64,000 nucleotides of DNA, taken from positions 31,753-95,752 of the IMG/VR virus record IMGVR_UViG_3300029309_000006. One strand, 5' to 3'. Below, one piece after another: positions 1-10,289 of the stretch (its first letter is position 1; each line of letters starts with the position of its first letter). Position numbers and translations under genes: made by a program. The notes under the pieces are model-generated. The model ran no database searches. It had not been told where the DNA came from and saw nothing but the letters and a program-made list of their open reading frames with translations. This stretch comes from a virus.

Positions 1-1
1 A

Positions 2-355
2 ATTGGTGTTACTACTGGTGCTACTGCTGTTGGAGTAGATTCAAGTGGTTTTATTAGAAAGTTATCATCATCAAAAAGATATAAAAAAGATATTGAGTCA
101 ATTGATATAGGTTTAGATTTTATAAATTCTTTAAGTCCAGTTAAGTTTAAAATGAAAGAAGATGATGTTGAAAGTGTTGGATTAATTGCTGAAGATATGA
201 TTGACAATAGGTTTGTTACATATTCACAAATTGATATGAAAGATGAATCTAAAGGTTTGCAAGTCGAGGGGGTTAATTATCAAGCACTAATAGCACCATT
301 AATTAAATCAATCCAAGAACTAAAAGCAGAAATAGAATTATTGAAAAGTAAATAA
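2..355 (+). CDS. Tail fibre protein, C-terminal part with peptidase S74 intramolecular chaperone (5'-truncated by window edge)
   Basis: Frame is open from position 2 (IGVTTGATAVGVDSSGFIRKLSSSKRYKKDI...GLIAEDM...VNYQALIAPLIKSIQELKAEI), the S74 signature plus coiled coil; the listed ORF 152..355 is only its end. Confidence 0.85.
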   Translation: MGVTTGATAVGVDSSGFIRKLSSSKRYKKDIESIDIGLDFINSLSPVKFKMKEDDVESVGLIAEDMIDNRFVTYSQIDMKDESKGLQVEGVNYQALIAPLIKSIQELKAEIELLKSK

Positions 356-2770
356 ATGGCAAATTTATCTAATATTAATGATTTATTTGAGGTTGAAAGT
401 ACTGGTGCTATTAAATTCAGTAATCAATCAGGTACTTCTGGGCAAGTATTAAAATCAAATGGTAATGCAGCTCCAACGTGGGTAAATGCTTCAACTGTTA
501 TAGGTGGACCATATTTACCTTTAACAGGTGGTACGCTTACAGGTAATTTAGCAATAAACGGTTCTAATAGTTTAACAGTTGGTGGAGCTTTATCAGGAAG
601 CACTGCAACCTTTTCAGGTAACGTAGGAATTGGAGTTGCTGCTCATGGTACCGCTTCTTTAAATATTACAAACGCCAATCAACATATACGATTAAATAAT
701 GGCTCAGAACTTGGAGTTATATCTCTTTTATCAACTGGTGAATTAGATATTTGGGGACATGGCACTAATGAAACAATTAATTTTAGAACTGGAACTGGAA
801 GTGGTACTGTTGCTTTAGATATAACTGGAGTTAACTCAACTTTTGCAGGAAACGTAGGAATAGGTCGTTCTCCAGTGGCTTATGGTTCTTTTAAGGTTTT
901 AAATTTAGCAGGTTCTTCAGGTGCAATACAAAAATTAATACACACAGGAAATACTGTTGAATTACAATCTTTTGCATCAGCTTCAGTTGGCGCTATTGGT
1001 ACAGCGACAAATCATTCTTTATTGTTAACAACAGGTGACGTAACTGCTTTAACCATAGATACACATCAACAGATTTCATTAAACGGAGTAGGTGGAAGTG
1101 ATGGATTCACTGTGCCTTTTTACAATGACCCAGGCTACAGTAATATGACAGCAGGTGGGTTTGGCATATTGTTTAGAAATAATTATGATTCTTATGTAAC
1201 CAATAATGCTTATTATGTTGCCGATCCTGGTGGACAATGGAGATCAAAATACACCACTAGAGCTGCAAGTGTTTTATCAATGCTAGATGGTAAATTTGGC
1301 TTTTCTACCGCAGCTGCAAATACAACTTCTCCTTATGGGCTTGCTTTTAGTGAGGTCATGACTATTTTACAAAACGGAAACGTAGGAATTGGAACTACTA
1401 ACCCTATATTATATAGTAGTGGGTGGGGAAAAGCTTTGGGAATAAAAGCAGCAAGCGGATATGCCGTAATACAAGTTGCTGGTAGTAATGGAAATGGAGG
1501 AGAGGTAGACTTAGGAGATGCTTCTATACGTCACGCTGCTATTGCTTCTTTAACTGGCTCTAAATTGGCATTTTATACTAACGGTTCAAATTCTGGGTCT
1601 ACTGTCTTACAAAGAATGACTATTGACGGTTCTGGAAAAGTAGGAATCGGAACGGCTTCGCCTGTGGCTAAATTTCATGTATCAGGTGATACTGGCGGTA
1701 CTGATTCAATAGCAAGATTTCAAAACACAAATTCAGCTAAAGTTACAAAAATACAATTATTAGATAGTTCAGGTACTGTAGGAGATGCTCTTATAGCGTA
1801 CGATCATTCAAATGCAAGTTCAGGTTTACATTATTTAGGAATGGGTGTTAATAATATCACAACTTTAGTTATAAACAATAATGACAATGTAGGAATCGGG
1901 ACGACTTCACCTAATAAAAAATTAACAGTATATGGCGGTAATGATAATGGTATATGGATAGATAGTCAAGGTGCTCAATATACTTCATTAGCTTTTGGTA
2001 ACAATGGAACTGAAAAAGCTAATATAGCGTGGGATAATACCAATGGATATACTAATATAAGCACTTATTCAAATGGTCATTTAGCTATGTCTACAGGTGG
2101 TTCAATAAATGCATTTCTTAACTCTAGTGGTAATTTTGGAATAGGGCTTACAATTCCTAGTGCTAAATTACATGTTCAAGGAAAAGTAAAAATTAATAGT
2201 GCTACAGCACCTGCAGGTAATGCAGAATTAAACATAGGCTACGTAGGTGGCGGAGAAACTAGGTCAATAGATATACATGGTGGCTGGACTGGAAATGAAA
2301 GTAAATCAATAACTTTTACACACGGTACTTCGCTTGCTGACATAGTTGGTCAAATTAATGTTCAACATACTAGTCCAGGTTCTAGAATAAGATGGGGAAA
2401 ATTATTCCATAGTGGTAATTCTAGCACTTATACAATGACATTGACATCAACATCAACAACAACAGCAGATCTAACTGTCGCGGGCAATATAACTGCTTCA
2501 GCCGATGTAGTAGCTTATTCTGATAAACGATTAAAATCAAATATAAAAACACTTGACGGGTCAAAAGTATTAAAAATGCGTGGTGTGTCATTTGATAAAG
2601 AAGGCCAAAAAGGTAGTGGGGTTATAGCTCAAGAGTTAGAAAAAATTGCACCTGAGTTAGTAAATAATGATAATGAATATAAAGGAGTTGCATATGGTAA
2701 TTTAACTGGTTATCTTATTGAAGCTATAAAAGAATTAGAAGCTAGAGTAAAAGAATTAGAAAACAAATAA
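356..2770 (+). CDS. Tail fibre protein with GNVGIGT repeats and C-terminal S74 chaperone
   Basis: Gly/Ser/Thr-rich, repeated GNVGIG(T) motifs, C-terminal SDKRLKSNI...GVIAQELE...Y. Confidence 0.88.
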   Translation: MANLSNINDLFEVESTGAIKFSNQSGTSGQVLKSNGNAAPTWVNASTVIGGPYLPLTGGTLTGNLAINGSNSLTVGGALSGSTATFSGNVGIGVAAHGTASLNITNANQHIRLNNGSELGVISLLSTGELDIWGHGTNETINFRTGTGSGTVALDITGVNSTFAGNVGIGRSPVAYGSFKVLNLAGSSGAIQKLIHTGNTVELQSFASASVGAIGTATNHSLLLTTGDVTALTIDTHQQISLNGVGGSDGFTVPFYNDPGYSNMTAGGFGILFRNNYDSYVTNNAYYVADPGGQWRSKYTTRAASVLSMLDGKFGFSTAAANTTSPYGLAFSEVMTILQNGNVGIGTTNPILYSSGWGKALGIKAASGYAVIQVAGSNGNGGEVDLGDASIRHAAIASLTGSKLAFYTNGSNSGSTVLQRMTIDGSGKVGIGTASPVAKFHVSGDTGGTDSIARFQNTNSAKVTKIQLLDSSGTVGDALIAYDHSNASSGLHYLGMGVNNITTLVINNNDNVGIGTTSPNKKLTVYGGNDNGIWIDSQGAQYTSLAFGNNGTEKANIAWDNTNGYTNISTYSNGHLAMSTGGSINAFLNSSGNFGIGLTIPSAKLHVQGKVKINSATAPAGNAELNIGYVGGGETRSIDIHGGWTGNESKSITFTHGTSLADIVGQINVQHTSPGSRIRWGKLFHSGNSSTYTMTLTSTSTTTADLTVAGNITASADVVAYSDKRLKSNIKTLDGSKVLKMRGVSFDKEGQKGSGVIAQELEKIAPELVNNDNEYKGVAYGNLTGYLIEAIKELEARVKELENK

Positions 2771-2771
2771 T

Positions 2772-5096
2772 ATGGCATTATTACATGAAATAAATAACGG
2801 ATCAGAAAGATTTTCAGTAGACGAAGTAGGAGCAGTAAAAATAAACAATGCTTTTACTTTACCCACTGTAGCAGGTGTAAATGGTTATGTGTTAACATCA
2901 AATGGTTCTGGTGCTTCTGCTTGGCAAGCATCTACAGGAGGAGTTGGTGGCGCTGGTACTGGTCAAAAAGTAGCAAAGTTTGCTGGAACAGGTACTTCAT
3001 CTACTCTAGGAGATGGCCCAATAACTTTTTCAACTAATGATTCAGCTTTTGCAGGTGCAATAGCAACATCTGGTAATATAACAGCTACTGCATCGAACGC
3101 TACAATTTCAGCTGCTGAAAGCGGTGGTGCTACAACAAAAATAATGGGTGCTAGTGTGGGTAGAGTTGGTACATCTAGTAATCATAACCTTGAAATTTTA
3201 TCAAATAACACAGCAGCAATAACCATAGACACTTCACAAAACGCAACTTTTGCAGGGAATATTTCAACAACAGGTGATATAAATATTAACGGGGGAACGA
3301 GTTACAATGATAAAAGTAATCTTTATCTGTCTAATGGTAGGACTTTAATACAATCTGATATTGTAAATGCAACCGCTAACGGTGACACAAGTTTAGATTT
3401 TCAAACAAGAAGCGCAGGTTCATTAGCTTCAGCTATGTTTATTGATGAATTTAGAAAAATAGGAATCGGAACTACTTCGCCTGATTGGGCTTTAGATATT
3501 GAAGCTGTAAGCACTGGAGTTCAATTGCAAATAGGTAGAACTACTACTAGTGCAGGCTCTACTTGGATGGGTTCTGATTCAAATGGCTTTCATTTAGGCG
3601 TTGGGGCGTATGGTGGTGGAAACTCTGTTTCTGATCCTAATGGTTTTACTGTAGATACTTCTGGAAACGTTGGAATTAAAACAACTCCTAGTACTAGGCT
3701 ACATGTGTCTGGAAGTTTTGATCCTGATGATGCACTGGGATATGCTTTAATCGAAAACACTAGTACAGCTGGCGCATCTGCTGAAAACTCAGCTATTAAT
3801 GTTAAAAATTATCGTGGCACTTCTCAATTTATGCAGTGGGAAGGAAATGGATTAAGGATTGGTAGTAGAATTTTAACTAATAGCGGCGTAGGTGATGTTT
3901 ATTTTACAGCTGGAGCAGATAGTGTTAAAATGGTTGTAAAAGCTGGCGGAAACGTAGGAATCGGAACCACAAACCCTAATTTTAAACTTCACTTAGCAAG
4001 TACTGGTGCTGATACTCTTTTACGACTTGAAAATACTACTACTAATAGATACCCTAATCTAAGATTCACAGCGGCAGGTGCAGAATATGACATAGGTGTT
4101 GGAGGTACTGGAACAGCAACAGGGTATGTACATAATTTTTATATTTACGACATAACTAATTCTGCGCCTCGTATTACTTTAACTCAAGCAGGAAACGTAG
4201 GAATAGGAACAACTGTGCCTAACGCTAGGTTAGAAGTTTTAACCTCTACTGCAGGGTTTAGCAGTATTATTAGAAACACAAACGCAAATAATGACTCTAA
4301 TGGGTTATTAGTTAAAGCTGGTACTCAAGGTACTGAATATGCTCTTAAAGTTAGTAACACTAATGATACTCAAAACTTTATGTCTATAAAAGGAAGTGGA
4401 AACGTAGGAATTGGAACAACTTCACCTTCTTCTACTTTTCAAATTGGTGGTGGAACTGCTAATGTTTTACAAAAAATACATGGTAGTGGAACAGCTGGTA
4501 TTCAAATATTTACAAATTCACCCTCTACTGGTACTAAAATAGCCTCTTTAGAACAATATTTTTCAAACGAAGGGTTTTTAGGGTTGTATTATAATGGTAG
4601 TCAAACAGTTAGATTTAGAGCAAATGGCAAATCTTTTATTAATGGAGGGTTTGTAGGAATCGGAACAACAAATCCTTATTATGAGTTAGAAGTTCAAGGG
4701 CAAGGATATTTTAGCTCACATTTATATGCACACTGTTTAGGTGTTGGAGCAGCTACACCAAATTCTTTAGGAGTTATCAGAGCAGCTGGAGATGTTATTG
4801 CATATTATTCATCAGACAAAAGGTTAAAAGATAATATTGTAAAAATAGAAAAGCCTTTAGAAAAGCTTGATAAAATTAACGGATATGAGTTTGATTGGAA
4901 TAACAAACAAGAGCTTTATAAAGGACATGACATAGGAGTTGTTGCTCAAGAAGTAGAACAAGTATATCCAGAACTAGTAGAGACTCGCAAAAGTGGATAT
5001 AAAGCTGTTAAATATGAAAAATTAGTACCTTTACTTGTAGAAAGTATAAAAGAATTAAAAACTGAAATAGAACAACTTAAAAAACAAATTAAATAA
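2772..5096 (+). CDS. Tail fibre protein with GNVGIGT repeats and C-terminal S74 chaperone
   Basis: Same architecture: SSDKRLKDNI...GYEFDW...GVVAQEVEQVYPELV. Confidence 0.88.
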   Translation: MALLHEINNGSERFSVDEVGAVKINNAFTLPTVAGVNGYVLTSNGSGASAWQASTGGVGGAGTGQKVAKFAGTGTSSTLGDGPITFSTNDSAFAGAIATSGNITATASNATISAAESGGATTKIMGASVGRVGTSSNHNLEILSNNTAAITIDTSQNATFAGNISTTGDININGGTSYNDKSNLYLSNGRTLIQSDIVNATANGDTSLDFQTRSAGSLASAMFIDEFRKIGIGTTSPDWALDIEAVSTGVQLQIGRTTTSAGSTWMGSDSNGFHLGVGAYGGGNSVSDPNGFTVDTSGNVGIKTTPSTRLHVSGSFDPDDALGYALIENTSTAGASAENSAINVKNYRGTSQFMQWEGNGLRIGSRILTNSGVGDVYFTAGADSVKMVVKAGGNVGIGTTNPNFKLHLASTGADTLLRLENTTTNRYPNLRFTAAGAEYDIGVGGTGTATGYVHNFYIYDITNSAPRITLTQAGNVGIGTTVPNARLEVLTSTAGFSSIIRNTNANNDSNGLLVKAGTQGTEYALKVSNTNDTQNFMSIKGSGNVGIGTTSPSSTFQIGGGTANVLQKIHGSGTAGIQIFTNSPSTGTKIASLEQYFSNEGFLGLYYNGSQTVRFRANGKSFINGGFVGIGTTNPYYELEVQGQGYFSSHLYAHCLGVGAATPNSLGVIRAAGDVIAYYSSDKRLKDNIVKIEKPLEKLDKINGYEFDWNNKQELYKGHDIGVVAQEVEQVYPELVETRKSGYKAVKYEKLVPLLVESIKELKTEIEQLKKQIK

Positions 5097-5581
5097 TGGC
5101 ATTACCAAGTTCAGGACAAATAAGTGCAAGTCAAATAAACGCAGAGGTACCGGGTAGATCAGCTACAGCTCAAGCTCCTTTGTCTGGAACTAGCTCTACT
5201 CCACAAGCAGGGTCATTAGTAAAGTTATACGCTACAGCTTCACCACCTGTAAATCAATCAGCTCCACACGCGTATTCTGAGTTTTATGGAAGAAGCTTTG
5301 TGTCTTTAACAAGTTTTTTAGTTGGAGCGGGTATAGTAGAAAGTGGTAATACTGCGTGTAGTACACTAGGTTCTTCTTTTACATATTATCATGACGGAAG
5401 TGGAACTTATCCTGCTGTAGGAGATAAAGTGTATACTAATTCTAGTGGAACAACTCCGGCATCAGGAGGCACAGGAACAAACTATGCTGTATTTGCAGCT
5501 GGACCACCAGCACCACCAGTTAGATATTTTAGACTAACAGGAAGTACAGGAACTGTACAAGCAACAAGTACATGTCCTTAA
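5096..5581 (+). CDS. Tail-fibre-associated virion protein
   Basis: MALPSSGQIS...SEFYG N-terminus typical of genes following S74 fibres; C-terminal Cys domain resembles the end of 26612..30637. Confidence 0.6.
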   Translation: MALPSSGQISASQINAEVPGRSATAQAPLSGTSSTPQAGSLVKLYATASPPVNQSAPHAYSEFYGRSFVSLTSFLVGAGIVESGNTACSTLGSSFTYYHDGSGTYPAVGDKVYTNSSGTTPASGGTGTNYAVFAAGPPAPPVRYFRLTGSTGTVQATSTCP

Positions 5582-5604
5582 TTAATAAATTAAAACAATA
5601 AAAA

Positions 5605-5961
5605 ATGGCAATAACTTATAAATGGATAATTAACCAAATGAACGCACATATCCAAGCCGAAGGCGAAGATAATGTAATATATACAGTACACTGGACTTAT
5701 TTAGGTTCTGAAGAACACGAAGGTAAAACATACAGCGCTTCACAAATAGGTGCGCAAGGTTTTACTTATGTAGCTGGAGAACCTTTTGTACCATATGCTG
5801 ATACAGAAGATTTTGAAAAAGTAGTAATAGGATGGCTTGAAGATGTTTTAGATGTACCAGCAATGGCTAAGTCTCTAGAAGATAATATTAAACTACAAAT
5901 TACACCTGTAAATGAAGATTTATACTTTACATGGCAAAATCCAACACCACCAGCAGAATAG
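5605..5961 (+). CDS. Conserved phage protein, possible tail fibre assembly factor
   Basis: MAITYKWII...VIYTVHW...FVPYAD...VIGWLE pattern; position after fibre genes. Confidence 0.5.
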   Translation: MAITYKWIINQMNAHIQAEGEDNVIYTVHWTYLGSEEHEGKTYSASQIGAQGFTYVAGEPFVPYADTEDFEKVVIGWLEDVLDVPAMAKSLEDNIKLQITPVNEDLYFTWQNPTPPAE

Positions 5962-5977
5962 TGTAAGTTTTTAAAAA

Positions 5978-5992
5978 AACAAGTGATACTAT
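5978..5992 (+). promoter_or_regulatory. Putative middle/late promoter motif AAYRWGTRAYWWTA
   Basis: AACAAGTGATACTAT; related copies precede other operons (24136, 30638, 59231 on +; 52132-52146 on -). Confidence 0.4.
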
Positions 5993-6054
5993 AATATAAC
6001 CTATATTGCTTTGCAATATAACCAAAATATGTTTAACCTTTAAAACCAATAAAA

Positions 6055-6363
6055 ATGACTTATTTTTATTATAAAACCAACACTTGGGGTAACTCCGACC
6101 AACAAGTGTCCGAAGATACCAGAAATACCTGGGAATTTTTTGCTAAAAAGAAAAACTGGAGAATTGTACAACTTCCTAATGGTTATTATCAAACAGAGTG
6201 TCAAAGCTTAACTGCTGATAACAAACCTAGTGGTGAATGGACTGATATTACTAGAAGAGAAACTATTGAAGCAGCCGAAGCTGCAATCGACGCTAGTATT
6301 GAACATTATCAAAAACGTTTAGAATACGCTAAAGGTCCTAAAGTTGTAAAAACATTTAAATAA
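6055..6363 (+). CDS. Hypothetical protein
   Basis: 102-aa ORF with A-rich initiation region, first gene of the groEL operon. Confidence 0.7.
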   Translation: MTYFYYKTNTWGNSDQQVSEDTRNTWEFFAKKKNWRIVQLPNGYYQTECQSLTADNKPSGEWTDITRRETIEAAEAAIDASIEHYQKRLEYAKGPKVVKTFK

Positions 6364-6385
6364 TCAAATAAAATTAAATCAAATT

Positions 6386-7945
6386 ATGTCAAACGCGATT
6401 GTTAAAAATCTGAACTTTGGTTCGGATGCTAGAGACAAAGTGTTTGCCGGTATTACAAAACTTACACAAGCTGTTAGCTCCACATTAGGAGCTAGCGGTA
6501 AGTGTGTTATGCTTGAAAACAATACTGGTAAACCTATTATAACCAAAGATGGAGTTACTGTAGCTGAGTCAATAACGTTGTTAGATCCTGTAGAAAACAT
6601 GGGCGCAACGTTACTAAAAGAAGCAGCTAGCAAAACAGTAAAAGAAGCTGGAGATGGTACTACAACAGCAACAGTACTAGCTCATGCTATTTTAAAAGAA
6701 GCTTATAGTTTACATGTAGAAGAAGATGTAAGAACAATAAAAGAAGGTATAAAAAAAGCAACTAAAAACGTAATAAAATATTTAGAATCAATATCTATAC
6801 CTGTAGATGGTGATATGATAGATCAAGTTGCAACTATATCAACAAATAATGATGCTAAGCTTGGAAAAATAATAGCTGATGCTTTTAGAGCAGCTGGTAA
6901 TAACGGAGTCGTTATGTTAGAGCCAACTGACTTACCTCAAACCACGTATGAACTGATTGACGGAGTTCCTTATGAAAGAGGTTTAAAAAATATACATTTT
7001 GTAACTAATCAAGATAAAAAAACTTCTGAACTAGATAAACCTTTGGTTTTGTTAGTTGAATCAGAAGTTGAAAATGTAAGAAAAATACAAAGTGTTTTAG
7101 AGTATGCTATAAAGCATAATAGATCTTTGCTTATTATAGCAGATGTAGACAAACAAGTAATGTCTGCTTTAGCTATGAATAAAATAAAAGGTAATATAAA
7201 AGTAAATGTAATTGATGCACCTATTTATGGTGTAAGTAAAAAAGAAACATTAGATGATTTAGCTTTACTTACGGGTGCAACTATTATAAATGAGGATTTA
7301 GGAGACGATATAGATTTAATTGGGCCTGAACATTTAGGTGAGTGTTTAAAAAGTGTTACAGATCAAAACGAAACTATATTACAACTAGAAAAAACCTCAG
7401 ATGCTGTAAAAGAAGTAATCGCTGAGCTAGAAATAAAACTAACTAAAACTAAAGATCCTAATATGGTTATTAAGTTAGAAAAAAGATTAGCTAGGTTATC
7501 GGCAAAAGTAGCCATTGTTAAAGTTGGTGCAAATTCAGAAGTAGAATTAAAAGAAAAACAAGCTAGAGTTGAAGATGCTATATGCGCTACCAAAGCTGCT
7601 ATAAAACAAGGTATTGTTTCAGGCGGTGGTATTGCTCTTTTAAATGCAGTTGAAAATGTGTCAGCTTCTTCACCAGGAGAAGAAATATTATTAAGAGCTA
7701 TAGAAGCTCCATTTAATACTATTTTACAAAATGCAGGTATTCATGAATCAAGAGTTAATGCTGCAGCTGGAGAAGGATTAGACGTGGTTACAGGACAAAA
7801 TGTAAATATGATAGAGCAAGGTATTGTAGATCCTTTGCTTGTTACAAAAAGTGCTTTACAAAATGCTTCATCAGTAGCAACTACAATATTATCTACTGAT
7901 TGTGTTATTAACAATTTAAGAGTTGGTGATGAAAGCAATAGGTAA
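6386..7945 (+). CDS. groEL: Chaperonin GroEL
   Basis: ITKDGVTVA, AGDGTTTATVLA, VGANSEVELKEK, GGGIAL, DPLLVTKSAL motifs; no GGM tail. Confidence 0.97.
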   Translation: MSNAIVKNLNFGSDARDKVFAGITKLTQAVSSTLGASGKCVMLENNTGKPIITKDGVTVAESITLLDPVENMGATLLKEAASKTVKEAGDGTTTATVLAHAILKEAYSLHVEEDVRTIKEGIKKATKNVIKYLESISIPVDGDMIDQVATISTNNDAKLGKIIADAFRAAGNNGVVMLEPTDLPQTTYELIDGVPYERGLKNIHFVTNQDKKTSELDKPLVLLVESEVENVRKIQSVLEYAIKHNRSLLIIADVDKQVMSALAMNKIKGNIKVNVIDAPIYGVSKKETLDDLALLTGATIINEDLGDDIDLIGPEHLGECLKSVTDQNETILQLEKTSDAVKEVIAELEIKLTKTKDPNMVIKLEKRLARLSAKVAIVKVGANSEVELKEKQARVEDAICATKAAIKQGIVSGGGIALLNAVENVSASSPGEEILLRAIEAPFNTILQNAGIHESRVNAAAGEGLDVVTGQNVNMIEQGIVDPLLVTKSALQNASSVATTILSTDCVINNLRVGDESNR

Positions 7946-8189
7946 AAACTTAGTAGTTAGTTTAGTAAAACAAGGTATTGCTAAAACTAAAGGTGGTTTG
8001 TTATTAGGAGAAAAACAAAGAGAAGATACAAGATACACAGAAGGTGTTGTAGTGTCTGTAGGTAATGATGTTGTTGGAATAAAAGCAAACGATGTTATTT
8101 ATTTTGATAAAAATAATGCACACCAAATAGAAGTTAAAAAAGAAATATACACTGTTGTTAATATGAGTAGTGTAGTTATTGTGTTGTGA
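7929..8189 (+). CDS. groES: Co-chaperonin GroES
   Basis: KTKGGLLL mobile loop, GVVVSVGN...IKANDVIYF; overlaps the end of groEL. Confidence 0.85.
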   Translation: MKAIGKNLVVSLVKQGIAKTKGGLLLGEKQREDTRYTEGVVVSVGNDVVGIKANDVIYFDKNNAHQIEVKKEIYTVVNMSSVVIVL

Positions 8190-8647
8190 GAATAGAGCCA
8201 AGTGACATTAGAAAGTTAAACTTATTAAAACATTATAGGGTTATACGAAAATGGGCTTGTAAAAATCACAACTTAAATGATGCAGATTTAGAACTACTTA
8301 TTTATTTAGACTGTATAGAATTATTTACTAAGCACGATTTTAAAATCGGTACTTATGCTTATAGCTGGGACAACAGGCGCTGGAACAGATTACTTAAAGA
8401 AGGTTGGATAACGGTTTGGAGAATTAGAAACAGGACAACCCAAAAGTATAATATCTATAAAGTTTCATTTAAGTGTAAACAGCTAATAAGTAGAATGTAC
8501 CGTATTATGCTTGGTAAAGAAGATATACCTACAAGCACTCATAGAAATAAAATAATGAAAGGTAAAACTTATATGGACAAGGTTTTGCAAACATCGATTA
8601 AACATGCTAACAAAGATAAAAACAATAATTATGGCAAAAAAATCTAA
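8186..8647 (+). CDS. Hypothetical basic protein, possible winged-helix DNA-binding protein
   Basis: GTG start overlapping the groES stop; LNDADLELLIYL...LLKEGWITV resembles MarR-like wHTH. Confidence 0.45.
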   Translation: MRIEPSDIRKLNLLKHYRVIRKWACKNHNLNDADLELLIYLDCIELFTKHDFKIGTYAYSWDNRRWNRLLKEGWITVWRIRNRTTQKYNIYKVSFKCKQLISRMYRIMLGKEDIPTSTHRNKIMKGKTYMDKVLQTSIKHANKDKNNNYGKKI

Positions 8648-8735
8648 AAAAGAAGAAGTAAAAGAAGTTTCTTCTATCGACAAAAAAATAGCTAAACTAG
8701 AAGCAGTTATAAAAAAGCTAAAAGCTAAAAAATGA
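8631..8735 (+). CDS. Small Lys-rich protein (34 aa; not in ORF track)
   Basis: MAKKSKKEEVKEVSSIDKKIAKLEAVIKKLKAKK; stop overlaps next ATG (ATGA). Confidence 0.6.
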   Translation: MAKKSKKEEVKEVSSIDKKIAKLEAVIKKLKAKK

Positions 8736-9232
8736 GCGATAAACAAAAATTAAAAAAAATATCTGCTGAATTAAAAAAAGCTGTTAAAATGCACACTAGT
8801 CAGCACGAAAGACTAGATAAAATGGCAAAAGGGCCAAGTATGATGATACCTAATGTAGCTGGCAGTTTAAAAAACAATATGAAAGTTCAAGAAATAGGTA
8901 ATAATCTTTTTCAAGGTGAACAGCTTGCAGAGCAAATGCAACAACGTAGAACAGATGATCCTGTAATGCCTCCAACGCCAGATCAAATGGCGCCTTTGTA
9001 TATGGATAAAACTAAATACAAAGCTGTTAACGTTCAAGACTTACAAGATATGGGCGCGGTAAAGTCTGATAAAAAAGGCCAATATGTTGTAAACGAAAAT
9101 CCAAAATCAGTAAGAGATACTTTAAGATTTCCAAAAGGTACTAGGCATTATTCAGGTAAGAAATATGTAACAGGTCAGTTAATAGATGAATCTGATTTTG
9201 AAGATATTATAAAAAAAGTAAATAAATCATAA
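8732..9232 (+). CDS. Hypothetical protein
   Basis: 166-aa ORF in tightly packed operon. Confidence 0.65.
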   Translation: MSDKQKLKKISAELKKAVKMHTSQHERLDKMAKGPSMMIPNVAGSLKNNMKVQEIGNNLFQGEQLAEQMQQRRTDDPVMPPTPDQMAPLYMDKTKYKAVNVQDLQDMGAVKSDKKGQYVVNENPKSVRDTLRFPKGTRHYSGKKYVTGQLIDESDFEDIIKKVNKS

Positions 9233-9235
9233 ATT

Positions 9236-9400
9236 ATGGCAAAAAATCCAGGACAAACAGGAGCTGATGCAGTATGGGGTGGACCTCATACACCATCAAA
9301 TTTAAAAAAAGGTAATCCAAGATATGGTATGGATCCTATGCAGGTGTTAAAAGCTGATACACCTTATAAGGCTGGACCTATAACACAGCTGGCTAAGTAA
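9236..9400 (+). CDS. Small hypothetical protein (54 aa; not in ORF track)
   Basis: MAKNPGQTGADAVWGGP...GPITQLAK fills the intergenic gap. Confidence 0.6.
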   Translation: MAKNPGQTGADAVWGGPHTPSNLKKGNPRYGMDPMQVLKADTPYKAGPITQLAK

Positions 9401-9412
9401 AAACTCACTATA

Positions 9413-9877
9413 ATGAGTGATAGAATAAGTGAACATATATCGCTTAAGGAAGCTATTAAATCACACACTGCTACTCGGTTAGGTATTGAAAATATTCCCA
9501 GAGAGCAAGATTTAATAAATATGAAAACTATTGCTGAAAAAGTTTTTGAACCTCTACGTAAGTTTGTAGGTGGTCCAATAGCTATAAATAGTTTCTATCG
9601 CTCACCAAAATTAAACTCTGCTATCGGCGGAAGCACATCCTCTCAACATTGCATTGGTTGTGCTATTGATATTGACGATACTTACGGACATGCTTCTAAT
9701 GCTGAAATGTTTAATTGGATTAAAGCTAATTTAGATTACGATCAGATGATATGGGAGTTTGGTACAGAAACAAATCCAAATTGGGTTCATGTAAGCTACG
9801 TTTCTGAAGAAGCAAATAGAAATAGATGTTTAGAAGCTTATAAAGAAAAAGGTAAAACTAAATACAAAGTAATATAA
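9413..9877 (+). CDS. Peptidase M15 family endolysin
   Basis: INSFYRSPKLNSAIGGSTSSQHCIGCAIDI...WVHVSY: SxHxxGxAxD and WxHxS Zn ligands. Confidence 0.88.
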   Translation: MSDRISEHISLKEAIKSHTATRLGIENIPREQDLINMKTIAEKVFEPLRKFVGGPIAINSFYRSPKLNSAIGGSTSSQHCIGCAIDIDDTYGHASNAEMFNWIKANLDYDQMIWEFGTETNPNWVHVSYVSEEANRNRCLEAYKEKGKTKYKVI

Positions 9878-10047
9878 TGGCAATAAAAGCAAAAGAAACA
9901 CCTTTAGAAGGTAAAATTAGTCCAGCTTGTAAAACTGCTGCAAAGAAAAAATTTAAAGTATGGCCAAGTGCTTATGCTTCTGGTTGGGGAGTAAGATGTA
10001 CTAAAGCTGGTGGACCTGGTAAAATGGGTAAATCAAAAAAGAAGTAA
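9877..10047 (+). CDS. Small basic protein with WPSAYASG motif (56 aa; not in ORF track)
   Basis: MAIKAKETPLEGKISPACKTAAKKKFKVWPSAYASGWGVRCTK; TAATG coupling at both ends. Confidence 0.7.
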   Translation: MAIKAKETPLEGKISPACKTAAKKKFKVWPSAYASGWGVRCTKAGGPGKMGKSKKK

Positions 10048-10289
10048 TGGCTAAAAAAAGACCAGAGTGGAAAGACAGTAAATATGCTGATGCAAAAGGT
10101 AAGTTTAAAGATTTATCTTGTGATGCTCTTGCTAGTTGGCTTATTAAAAGTAGAAAAGGTAATAAAAAAGCTATTGTAGGTAGTTTAAATCAGCAAATAG
10201 TTTTTAATCGTAAAAAAAATCCTAGCTATGCTAGCAAAATGAAATGTGCTAGAAATAAAGCTATGAAAAAACTAGGCAAAGATGCCTAA
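10047..10289 (+). CDS. Small basic hypothetical protein
   Basis: Lys-rich 80-aa ORF, translationally coupled. Confidence 0.65.
   Translation: MAKKRPEWKDSKYADAKGKFKDLSCDALASWLIKSRKGNKKAIVGSLNQQIVFNRKKNPSYASKMKCARNKAMKKLGKDA

Noticed and set aside
356-5096. Diversity-generating retroelement or shufflon acting on tail fibres
   Set aside because: No reverse transcriptase, TR/VR pair, invertase or inverted cassettes seen
9403-9420. Hairpin sequestering the endolysin start codon
   Set aside because: Only 5-bp stems; too weak to support without conservation data
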